DNA of 64,000 nucleotides from Bryobacterales bacterium (GTDB lineage: Bacteria > Acidobacteriota > Terriglobia > Bryobacterales > UBA6623). Positions within the stretch are counted from its first letter, which is position 1, and each line of letters opens with the position of its first letter. Where the stretch lies: contig JAPOOG010000032.1 of assembly GCA_026713545.1 (NCBI GenBank), forward strand, positions 8,379-72,378, in the 5' to 3' direction. The notes under the pieces were generated by a model, which was not told where the DNA came from, searched no databases, and worked only from the letters and a program-made list of their open reading frames with translations. The position numbers and the translations under genes are program-made. Of this stretch, positions 17,974 to 26,445 are shown in pieces.

Positions 17974-19242
17974 TTACGTTGTCCGGCCCTCGGCAATAAA
18001 GAACTCCCGCAACCGGCGCGCGGCGAAGATTTCTTCTCCGTCCCACTGGCACCGCGTGGTCATTCTGCCGCCCTCGTCATCGTTGTAATAGACGATGCGC
18101 GGCTCGCCGGCCTTGAGCTTTTCAGCGGCCTCTTTTCCCGTCAGTGGGATGACCTCGCGGTCCCAGCTCAGGCTGATGTCCTCGAAGCCGTGCGCGTTCA
18201 TGATCTTTTCCGCGTTTAGGCCGGGTACGTCGGCCAACTGATCGATGATGTAGCGCGATTTCTTGTTCCATCCCTCGATCACCGCTTCGTGGTCGAGCGA
18301 AACGTACCGATTCAGTGCCACGACAAAGCCGACGATCTCTTCCTTGCCCACCTTCATGCCGCGTCCGAGAGCGGTGTTCGGGGAGTGGTTGAGAGCGGCG
18401 GCTTCGATGAGGTCCTGGCGGCCCGCCAGGATCCCCGTGGATTGGGGGCCGCGAATCCCCTTGCCGCCGCTGATGACAACCAGGTCGAAGCCCGCCGTGG
18501 TGTAACGGGTCAGCGTATCGACGGGGGGAAGCTCCGACGCCGCGTCGACCACGACCGGCACGCCGGCCTTCTTGCCGAGCTCGAGGAAGTCGTTGGGCAT
18601 CATGACGCCGGGTTTCGGGTTGGGATTGTTATCCCGGCTCGCCAGGCAGGCGAGAAAAGCCGTCTTGCCGCTGATGGCGTTCGCGACCTGCTCTTTGGTC
18701 TCGAAGTCCACCAGCGTGGCCCCGCCGGCCCGGTAGGCGTGGTCGTATCCGAAGCGGTGGGACGTTTGCGTCAGGCACTCGACCCGGTCCCACGTCGGGT
18801 GAGGCAGGGCCTTGACCTTCTCCGGGTCGGTTCCCGAGAGGCATGCCGCCGAAGCCAGCACCATCGCCGAATACGAACCGGCCGTCACCAGCCCCGCCTC
18901 CGCGCCGGTGACCTCGGCGATGCGCCGGCCGGCGGCATCGTTCAACTCGTACATGTCGACGAAGTAGTCGTTCGCCTCGGCGATGGCCCGGATCACTTCG
19001 GGAGGCATGCGCGAGCCGCCGACGATCGTGGTGTGCCCGCGGCAGGTCAGGAACGGGCGGATGCCCAGCAGACGCGTGTAGATGCTGTCGTGTCCCCAGG
19101 CCTTCGAACCTTCCTGCAGCTTCGAGGCGGCCGTGCCGCAGGCCGACGCAAGGCCGGTGAGTGCGGCGATCAGTCCGCGGCGCGTCATTTCCAGAGCCCC
19201 AACTCGGGGCGCATCCGGGTCGGAAATGGTCTTGTTCTTCAC
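17974..19242 (-). CDS. SelA-like PLP-dependent enzyme, tandem paralog (Tat-lipoprotein-type signal)
   Basis: 'MTRRGLIAALTGLASACGT' and 'VISGGKGIRGPQSTGIL'. Start uncertain: GTG at 19242 follows GGAGGAG, with alternatives at 19296 and 19188. Confidence 0.75.
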   Translation of the reverse strand: MKNKTISDPDAPRVGALEMTRRGLIAALTGLASACGTAASKLQEGSKAWGHDSIYTRLLGIRPFLTCRGHTTIVGGSRMPPEVIRAIAEANDYFVDMYELNDAAGRRIAEVTGAEAGLVTAGSYSAMVLASAACLSGTDPEKVKALPHPTWDRVECLTQTSHRFGYDHAYRAGGATLVDFETKEQVANAISGKTAFLACLASRDNNPNPKPGVMMPNDFLELGKKAGVPVVVDAASELPPVDTLTRYTTAGFDLVVISGGKGIRGPQSTGILAGRQDLIEAAALNHSPNTALGRGMKVGKEEIVGFVVALNRYVSLDHEAVIEGWNKKSRYIIDQLADVPGLNAEKIMNAHGFEDISLSWDREVIPLTGKEAAEKLKAGEPRIVYYNDDEGGRMTTRCQWDGEEIFAARRLREFFIAEGRTT

Positions 19243-19357
19243 TCTCTCCTCCTGCGGGCGGCTCCATCGGTGCCCGCGAAGATCATACCAAAACAAACGC
19301 CGGGCGCCCGCGAATTCTCGCGGAACGCCCGGCGAAGTGAAACCGTTATCGAACGCG

Positions 19358-22300
19358 CTAGAAGTTCCAGCGCAGGCCCATCTGCATCTCGCGGCTTTCC
19401 AGCGCGCTCGTGATCCTCCCGAAGTTACCTGACAGGATGTACATCTGCGGGGTCAGGAAGGGCGGCGTGTTCGTCGCGTTGTACATCTCCCACCGCACCT
19501 GGATCGAGTGACGTTCCGAAATGTCGATGTTCTTGAAGATCGAGAAGTCGAAGCCCGTGCGTCCCGGCTCTTCGAGGATGCTGCGCCCCGTGTCGCCGTA
19601 GAGGCCCTTGCCCAGCAGGATCCGGCTCTCGGGAGTGGCGAGCATGAAGGCGCTCGTGTCGAACCAGCGGTCCAGAGTGCGCGCGCCGCCCGAAAGGTTG
19701 CCGTCACCGATTCGGAAGGGGCGCCGGGTGCAGTTCGGGCACCCGTCTCCGGGCGTCGGGTCGACTCTCGACTGGTGCGGGTGAACGGGCAGCCCCGTGG
19801 CCAGCAGGAGAGTGCCATTGACCTGCCATCCGTCGAGGATGTGCTTGGCGGGGCCGGTCAGGTTCTTGGCGAAGGGCAGCTCCCACAGGAACGCGGTCGT
19901 CGCGCGGTGGGTGATGTCGAAATCGCCCCGGCCGCGCTCGGCCGTTCGGCGGTCGTGCGGGTTGTTCGGCCGCTGCGCCCCGCAGCAGGCGCGGAAATCG
20001 AACATCGCCTTCGCCCAGGTGTAGGTCTGCAGGAAGGTGAGTCCGCCGCTGAAGCGCCTCTCCAGCTTGGTCAGCAGGCCATGGTAGCTGCCCGAGGCCG
20101 AGCTGTCGTGAACCTCGATGCTCCCGAACCCGGCCCAGCGCCGAGTCGGGTTGGCGGTGCCGATCGTGTTCGGCAGATACGCGTTGTACTCCGCCGGGAG
20201 GTCGAAGTGGTCCGACTTCGAACCGCTGTAGCCGATTTCGGCAACGAGGTCCCACGGCAGGGACTTCTGGATGTTGATGTTCCACTGATGGACGACACCC
20301 ACCGTTTCTTCGACTTGCGCAGCTCGGATGCGGGCGAGAAAGTTCTCGCTGCTGGCCCGGTCGGCGGTCCCCATCGTGATGATCGGTCTGCGCGGCAGGG
20401 CGGCCTCCTGGATGTTCGCCGTCCCCGGCGGGTTGGCCGCCAGGTGCGGGACGAAGTTGTTGATCATGTTGACGTTGTAGAAGATCCCGTAGCCGGTGCG
20501 GATCACGAAGTCCGTCCCGCCGGTGGGCCTCCAGGCGATCCCGAAACGCGGCGCCCAGTTGTTCTTGCTCACCACGTTCAGGGGAACCCGCGCCGCGCCC
20601 GGCGCCGGGAACAACTGGCCCGAAGCCATGTCGAAGTTCCGCGACTCGCCGCGGTCATCCACGAACGGGGAGTTGTACTCCCAGCGGAGGCCGAGGTTCA
20701 GGGTCAGGTTCGGCGTGACCTTCCACTCGTCCTGGATGTAGGGGTGCAGGCGCCAGTACTCGAAGTCCGGGTACGTGCCGGCGTTGGGCTTGCCCGGAAT
20801 GTTGCCCAGCGTTACCCGTTGCGGATGGTCGAGCAGGAAGTCCGACCAGCCGTGGCCCGAGTGGATGCCGTTGAAGCTGAAGCTGCCGTTGGCGAACTGG
20901 ATCGTGCGCCGGGAGGTTCGGACGAGATTGTATTCCAGGCCGGCCTTGATGCTGTGGTCTCCCTTGATGAACGAGACGCTCTGGAAAATGGAGCGCGACT
21001 CGTCCCAGATCTGGTTGACGTCGGAGGCGCCGATGCCGCAGCAACCGGTCACGCTGATGCTGACGATGCGTGCGTCGTGCGGGTCCTCGGTCTGGCCCGG
21101 GATGCCCAACTCCGTCAGGTTGTTCCATCCGCTGTCGGTGAAACCCGTCCGGCGGAAGTAGAGGTCGCGGTTGTACGAAGCCCGGATTTCGTAGAGCGAC
21201 GTGTTGGAGAGGAAGTGGGTCCATGTCATCGTGGCGTTCTGCTGCTTCTTCGGGTTGAAGAACGTGAAGCGCGGGTCGACGGAAGCCAGGACATTGATGC
21301 TGGCCGGTTGAATCCTCTGGATGCCGTAGCGGCCGAAGATCTTGTTCTTGTCGTTGACGTTCCAGTCGCTCCTCAGGTAGAACTGGTCGTCGTCCAGGTC
21401 GTTCTTCGTGGTGCCCGAGAAGTTGTTCCTGCCGTCGAACTGCGGGTTGCCGAAGTTCGGCTGCGGCCAGAAGGGAATCACCCTTTTCGAGACGGACGAG
21501 ATTCGGCTTGATGGAATGACGTGGTTCGGGAAGGCCCCGCAAGTCGCTGCATCCGCCGGATCCGTGCAGGTGGCGATATCCAGGACCGGACTGCTGGCGA
21601 AGAAAGGCTCGCTCAGATCGCCGTTGCGCATGAGCTGCGTCGGATACGTGCCGAAGCCCTGATTGCTGCGCCGTTCGCTGAGGCTCTCCAGGTTGGCCGT
21701 GAAGAACAGCCGGTTCGTGATGATCGGGCCGCTGATCACGCCGCCGTAGGTGTTGCGCGTCAGTGGCCGCTTCGGAAGATTGGGATTCTCGAAGAAGTTG
21801 CGGGCGTCGAGCTCCTCGGCGCGGAAGAAGTGGAACAGCGTGCCGTGGAATTCGTTCGTGCCGGGCCGGATCGAGGTGATGATCTGCGCGCCCGACTGGG
21901 TCCCGTACTCGGCGTTGTACCAGCCCGCTTCGACGCGGAACTCCTGAATCGCCTCGACCGAGGGCCGCATCCGGACCATGCCGTGGATGCCGGTGCGGAG
22001 CGGAGCGCCGTCGAGAATGATGTTGTTGTTGTGCATCTTCTGGCCTAGCGCCGCGATGCCGTAGCCCGGCCCGAAGCCCGACGTCGTCACGCTGCTGCGC
22101 GGCCCGCGGCTCATGCCGGGTGCGAGCAGCGCCAGCCGGAACAGATTGCGGTCGCCCGGAATCGGCAGCTCGCGAATCTTGGATTCGTCGATGACCGTGC
22201 TGATCGTCGTGTCGTCCGTCTGGACCGACACCGCGTCGGCCTGCACCGTGATCTGCTCGGTGACGGCGCCGATCTGCAGCGTCAGGTTCTGGCGGCGGAC

Positions 22301-22660
22301 CAGGTCGACCTCGAGCCGCACGTCGGTCGCGACGGCGCGGCTGAAGCCTTCCATCGTGGCCGCCACTTCGTAGAGGCCGATGTCCAGCGCAGTGACCGCA
22401 TAGTCGCCGCGCTCGTTGGTCTCGACCGTCCGCTCCTCCTGCGTGCCTACGTTCGTGACGGCAACGCTGGCGCCGGGAATCGCGGCGCCGGATTCGTCGG
22501 TTACCGTTCCAATGATGCTGGAACTGGTGCTTTGCGCAAATGCGGTGCCCGCGCCAAGGGACATCGCCAGAGCCAAGGTAATAACGACAAAGGCGTCATT
22601 CAGCCTCCCCGCTTTCGAAAAAGCCGGGGTATGCCAACAAGAACTTCTCTTCTCGTACAT
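19358..22660 (-). CDS. TonB-dependent outer-membrane receptor with N-terminal carboxypeptidase-regulatory-like domain (1100 aa)
   Basis: 'GTVTDESGAAIPGASVAVTNVGTQEERTVETNERGDYAV' (CarbopepD_reg-like). Long beta-barrel-type sequence ending in '...MQMGLRWNF' (aromatic C-terminus). Confidence 0.9.
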   Translation of the reverse strand: MYEKRSSCWHTPAFSKAGRLNDAFVVITLALAMSLGAGTAFAQSTSSSIIGTVTDESGAAIPGASVAVTNVGTQEERTVETNERGDYAVTALDIGLYEVAATMEGFSRAVATDVRLEVDLVRRQNLTLQIGAVTEQITVQADAVSVQTDDTTISTVIDESKIRELPIPGDRNLFRLALLAPGMSRGPRSSVTTSGFGPGYGIAALGQKMHNNNIILDGAPLRTGIHGMVRMRPSVEAIQEFRVEAGWYNAEYGTQSGAQIITSIRPGTNEFHGTLFHFFRAEELDARNFFENPNLPKRPLTRNTYGGVISGPIITNRLFFTANLESLSERRSNQGFGTYPTQLMRNGDLSEPFFASSPVLDIATCTDPADAATCGAFPNHVIPSSRISSVSKRVIPFWPQPNFGNPQFDGRNNFSGTTKNDLDDDQFYLRSDWNVNDKNKIFGRYGIQRIQPASINVLASVDPRFTFFNPKKQQNATMTWTHFLSNTSLYEIRASYNRDLYFRRTGFTDSGWNNLTELGIPGQTEDPHDARIVSISVTGCCGIGASDVNQIWDESRSIFQSVSFIKGDHSIKAGLEYNLVRTSRRTIQFANGSFSFNGIHSGHGWSDFLLDHPQRVTLGNIPGKPNAGTYPDFEYWRLHPYIQDEWKVTPNLTLNLGLRWEYNSPFVDDRGESRNFDMASGQLFPAPGAARVPLNVVSKNNWAPRFGIAWRPTGGTDFVIRTGYGIFYNVNMINNFVPHLAANPPGTANIQEAALPRRPIITMGTADRASSENFLARIRAAQVEETVGVVHQWNINIQKSLPWDLVAEIGYSGSKSDHFDLPAEYNAYLPNTIGTANPTRRWAGFGSIEVHDSSASGSYHGLLTKLERRFSGGLTFLQTYTWAKAMFDFRACCGAQRPNNPHDRRTAERGRGDFDITHRATTAFLWELPFAKNLTGPAKHILDGWQVNGTLLLATGLPVHPHQSRVDPTPGDGCPNCTRRPFRIGDGNLSGGARTLDRWFDTSAFMLATPESRILLGKGLYGDTGRSILEEPGRTGFDFSIFKNIDISERHSIQVRWEMYNATNTPPFLTPQMYILSGNFGRITSALESREMQMGLRWNF

Positions 22661-23283
22661 TCAACTGCTCCCATGTTCGTTAAGTCAGTGCCGACGGGCC
22701 GGGCAGGTTGAAACCTGCTTCGCGCCTCCCAGGCGCTGTCGGGATCGGGGCTGCCTACACGGAGACGTGTCTGCATCGCCCAAGAGAATAGCAATTCCCA
22801 GACCGTTACAGAAGGTCTCGAAAGTCGGTTTCAAGCTTTTTCCTGGGGGGGAATCACCGCCGCAAGACGGCGGCAGGTTCCGTGCCCGCGTCATGGCCTT
22901 GCCGTAAAACCCTTGTTTGGTAGCCTTTGAGCGATCTTCGTGCTCCGTCTCGGCGGCCGGCGGCCCTTCACGGCTGATGCTGATGGGGCGGCATCCGTTC
23001 AGCATGCAGAACGAAATATGTTCGTACGGTTCGGTCGGAGCATGACACAAGTGATGAGGTCAGTGGCGAGACCGGGCACCACGAACCGGAGGTGATTCCG
23101 CCTGACGGATCGGAGCGCCTTCAAACTATGAGAAGACGGATGCCGCCAGGATTGGACGGCTCACTGGAGTCTGGAAGTGATGCCGAACATGGCGTCTCCA
23201 AGGCCACACACGCACTCCCAAAGAGTTTCTGAGAAGCCGCGTTGATCTTCGGGTCCCTACAAGACAAATCTCTTGATGTCCCG

Positions 23284-23750
23284 CTATGGTCTTCGCTTTC
23301 GATACTGAACCCCTTCGATTCCCTTGAAGTCTGCGTCCTGCGTCCACAGTTCCGCACCGTATTGGCGCGCGGTCGCGAGAATGACACTGTCGGCCAGGGG
23401 CAGCTTCAGTTCCACGCTGAGCCGCGCCGCGTTCACGGCAATCGCCGCTCCCAAGTCCACGACGGTTCCCTGCTGCAGGACCGCCGCCGCGTGAAGCGCC
23501 GCGCTCTCGTCGCGTTGCTGGAGCACTCGCTTGAAAACTTCGAAGAGAATCAGTGTGGAGACTACAAGCGTCTCGGTGTCCTCAATAAGCTTCGCAAAGA
23601 AGGAGGCGTTCGGACCATCGACGAAATATTCTGACCCGAAACATCCTCCTGATCAAGCGGCGTTGACACCGGTCCGGATGTTTCCCGCTTGTATGATCAG
23701 CAAGTGGGCGGGGGAAAAACCAGCCAGGCGCTGGAATCGACGACATTCAT
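23284..23750 (-). pseudogene. vapC: vapC (PIN-domain toxin) split by an 89-bp element
   Basis: The 5' piece 'MNVVDSSAWL' (23750-23721) runs into the element and hits a stop. The 3' piece 'EYFVDGPNASFFAKLIEDTETLVVSTLILFEVFKRV...WTQDADF' (23631-23284) has no start codon of its own. Deleting 23632-23720 gives one continuous PIN-like ORF. Confidence 0.8.
23632..23720. mobile_element. 85-89 bp hairpin element, copy 1 (inside vapC)
   Basis: Shares '...CCGAAACATCCTCCTGATCAAGCGGCGTTGACACCGGTCCGGATGTTTCC...GGGGGAAAAAC' with the copies at 23870-23957 and 27685-27775. Has a 9-bp inverted repeat GAAACATCC/GGATGTTTC. Confidence 0.8.
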
Positions 23751-24041
23751 GCCCGGTCCGCCTCTCGTTCGACGCTCGCGTCGATTCCTTTCAGGAAGCC
23801 CTTCATTTCCCGGACCGGGTGCACCGGAATCAACTCGATGCGGCCACCATAGGCGATTGCTTGGACCTTCTGGTCCGAAATATTCTCCTGATCAAGCGGC
23901 ATTGACAACGCTCAGCATATTCTCGCTCTAATGAACCGCGCACCGGCGGAGGAAAAACTGGCCCGGCAGGAGGCCGAGCCGGACACGGATCTCCTTCGGA
24001 ATCACCACCTGGCACTTGGGAGAAATCGTAACGGTTTCCAC
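23747..24041 (-). pseudogene. vapB: vapB-type (AbrB/SpoVT/MazE-fold) antitoxin split by an 88-bp element
   Basis: The 5' piece '(M)ETVTISPKCQVVIPKEIRVRLGLLPGQ' (GTG at 24041) runs into the element and stops. The 3' piece is 'KVQAIAYGGRIELIPVHPVREMKGFLKGIDASVEREADRA', and its stop overlaps the vapC ATG (ATGA). Confidence 0.75.
23870..23957. mobile_element. 85-89 bp hairpin element, copy 2 (inside vapB)
   Basis: Same family and same orientation as copy 1. The insertion is bracketed by CTGG...CTGG. The stem carries a paired change (C-G to T-A) relative to copies 1 and 3. Confidence 0.75.
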
Positions 24042-24257
24042 GCGGCTTCCATCGATATACCTGTTGTAATACCGATATTGTATCGATTAGCGATCACTCA
24101 TGTCACGCGTCCGCGGCTTGTGGATGGGACCCGTTCAAGCTGCCGGGAAACGCTGTCCGGCCGCGTTTGCTGACGGCTTGGCTTTCGACCGAAGCAATGC
24201 GGCCGCTCGTCGGGCTGTACACTAAGGTCGGAATTAGTCAGCTTCGGGAGAAGACGC

Positions 24258-25571
24258 ATGCAAGTGAATCGCAGGGAATGGCTGTCGGGCGGTTTGGGCG
24301 CGGTTTCAACGGCGGCGTGGGCAGGCTGCGGCGCCGGTTCGCAGACGCAGGGCGGCGCGCTGGCGCCCGTGGTCTCGGGGGGCGTTGTCGATTGGGAGGC
24401 GGTTCGCGCCCGTTTCCCGCGCGCGGTCAACGAGACCTACTTCAATTGCGCCGCGCAGCATCCCCTGGGAGTCCATACCGTCCGGGGCTTCGAGCGCTAC
24501 ATCGACTTCATGCACAATGGCCCTGGCGAGGGCCGCGAGGACTTTTGGGAAACCGGCTATCGCGAGATGAAGCCGGCGTTCGCGCGCCTGATCAATGCCA
24601 AGCCGGAAGAGATTGCCTTCTGTGCGGGAACCACGGTCGGCGAGAACCTCATCGTCAACGGCATGGACCTGAGCAACGCCAACGTGGTCACCAACGATCT
24701 GCACTACACGGCGTCGCTGGCGAACTATCTCGCGCGGCGCGACAAACATGGGTTGGACGTTCGCATCGTCAAGCACCGCGATTGGGAAATCGACATCGCC
24801 GACATGGAGAAGGCGGTGGACCGCAATACCCGGCTGATCTCGGTTTCGTTCGTGTCGTCGGTGAACGGCCACCTCGAGGACCTGAAGAAACTCGGCGACC
24901 TGGCTCATGCTCACGGCGCTTGGCTGTTCGCCGACATCATTCAGGGCTGTGGCGCGACGCCGCTCGACGTGCGCGCAATGGGTGTCGATTTTGCCTCGTG
25001 CGGGATGTACAAGTGGCTCCAGGGCGAACACGGCTTCGGGTTCCTGTACGTCAAGGAAGACCTGCAGGGCACGGCCGTCAAGGGGACACAGTTCACAGGC
25101 AGTCCTGGCCTCAACTACGAGCCCTGGACCGCCTCGCCCGACCCCGCCAAGCCCGAGTTCATCTCGCGTCCTCGGGAGGGCATCGGGCAGTTCGAGTGCA
25201 GCACGCCGGCGGCGATCAACTACGCCGGTCAGCTCGAATCGTTCCGCTTCATCGAAGAGATCGGCGTCGACAAGATTCGGGCGCACGCTCGCGAGGTGAC
25301 CGCCCGGCTGCAGAAGGAACTGCCTCCGCTCGGCTTCACCGCCATCACGCCCGACGGCACCGAATCCGGCATCCGAACCTTCCTGCACCCCGATACCGAT
25401 TCACTCAAGGCCAAGATCAACCGCGCCAACGAAGAGGGCCGCGCCAATATCTCGATCGGCGGCCCCAACTCGGGACTCACCGTGGGACGCGGCGGCAACC
25501 AGGTGCGATTCTCGGTTTCCGTCTACAACAACCACTCGGATGTCGACAAGGTGCTGGAAGTCTTGTCCTGA
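24258..25571 (+). CDS. Aminotransferase class-V-fold PLP-dependent enzyme, Tat signal + lipobox (paralog 1 of 4)
   Basis: 'MQVNRREWLSGGLGAVSTAAWAGCG'. PLP-lysine-type motif 'CGMYKWLQGEHGFGF'. Collinear similarity to the three following genes. Confidence 0.85.
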   Translation: MQVNRREWLSGGLGAVSTAAWAGCGAGSQTQGGALAPVVSGGVVDWEAVRARFPRAVNETYFNCAAQHPLGVHTVRGFERYIDFMHNGPGEGREDFWETGYREMKPAFARLINAKPEEIAFCAGTTVGENLIVNGMDLSNANVVTNDLHYTASLANYLARRDKHGLDVRIVKHRDWEIDIADMEKAVDRNTRLISVSFVSSVNGHLEDLKKLGDLAHAHGAWLFADIIQGCGATPLDVRAMGVDFASCGMYKWLQGEHGFGFLYVKEDLQGTAVKGTQFTGSPGLNYEPWTASPDPAKPEFISRPREGIGQFECSTPAAINYAGQLESFRFIEEIGVDKIRAHAREVTARLQKELPPLGFTAITPDGTESGIRTFLHPDTDSLKAKINRANEEGRANISIGGPNSGLTVGRGGNQVRFSVSVYNNHSDVDKVLEVLS

Positions 25572-25938
25572 CGGGGCGGGATGAAACCCCGCTCGGCGCC
25601 GAGAACGGCCCGCGCAGCACCGTGAAAGGCGTTGCGCCCGGCTGACAAGCCGCGGCCAGGGAGCCTATGGCGCCTGTTCGACCAAGGAGCAACGCAGTTC
25701 AGCCGGGATGCATCGCCGCTTGAATGCAGCAGAGCTCGTGCCGCGGGCTGTTGGCTTTCAGGTCTTCGCCAGCAGCCGCTTTGCGAAGCCGCCCTCCTGG
25801 GAGTGCTCGAGTGCCCTCTGGGCGCTTGCCCGCATCCCCAGCCCGAACGGCGGCTCCAACAAGAGCCGCCCCGAGCCCGGCAACCCGTTCTCCACGAAAC
25901 ACGAGACACGAGACACTGTTTTTTTGTTGCCTCTTGGT

Positions 25939-25963
25939 ACTGAAGCCCTTCAGTCTTTTTTTC
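25939..25963 (+). terminator. Terminator-like hairpin + T-run carried on a repeat module
   Basis: ACTGAAG-CCC-CTTCAGT followed by CTTTTTTT. The same module occurs inverted at 54541-54566. Confidence 0.45.
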
Positions 25964-26150
25964 CCGCCCCGGTCGGCATAGCATGAGCACAGAGAGGCTA
26001 ACGAACGACCTGCCGTCGGCGCGGCGCTCGCCTCTGGCGGCTGCCCCCCACGACGGCAACACGGCTTTCCCCGCCGTGGATGCGCAAGGGTCGCGCCACC
26101 GGAAACTGCCGTCCGGGCCACTGCGCCAGCCGGCAAGTCACCGTTCTTCA

Positions 26151-26206
26151 GTTCACGATTGTTCACCATTGTTCGCCATTGTTCGCCATTGTTCGCCATT
26201 GTTCAC
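26151..26206. repeat. 10-bp tandem repeat, about 5.6 units (GTTCRCSATT)
   Basis: GTTCACGATT GTTCACCATT GTTCGCCATT GTTCGCCATT GTTCGCCATT GTTCAC, read directly from the sequence. Confidence 0.9.
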
Positions 26207-26445
26207 TAAAAAAATATTGCCCCTGCGCCACTGTCGTTGCCCCGTCCGCCGTTCTCGGTCGGCCTTACGACGAGCCTCGCCACCGGGCAGCTCCCGCTGC
26301 GGCGAACACAAAATGAAGCCATGCCGAGAAAAGGGAACATTCCAGCCTGCATTGACTGGAGTCGTGGACACTTTGCACCGGGAGGCTTAGAGTAGAGGTA
26401 CGCTGGAGGGCCGTCTGTTGCGGCCTTTCCGGGAAAGGGGAGTTC

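Larger units (their letters stand above)
25572..26445. repeat. Mosaic intergenic repeat zone 1 (several conserved modules plus a 10-bp tandem array)
   Basis: Modules also occur, mostly inverted, in 53986-54924 and 60660-60790. Examples are the 'GGCGCCGAGAACGGCCCGCG.AGCACCGTGAA' module, the 'ATGCGGGCAAGCGCCCAGAGGGCAC' module, the hairpin/T-run module at 25891-25985, and 'CTGCCCCCCACGACGGCAACACGGC'. Confidence 0.8.

Noticed and set aside
16627-19413. 530-aa and 374-aa plus-strand ORFs opposite the SelA-like genes
   Set aside because: Shadow ORFs of high-GC coding DNA. The minus-strand products have clear signals, RBSs and PLP motifs.
23663-23697. TTGACA ... TATGAT in the hairpin element as a canonical sigma-70 promoter
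   Set aside because: The spacer is 23 nt in copies 1 and 3, against an optimum of 17 +/- 1. I kept it only as a weak idea (TG.TATGAT-like box in copy 3) inside a finding.
25523-26390. Several 70-180 aa ORFs on both strands inside repeat zone 1
   Set aside because: They are made of repeat modules that recur in both orientations elsewhere. They are low-complexity and have no RBS or start context.
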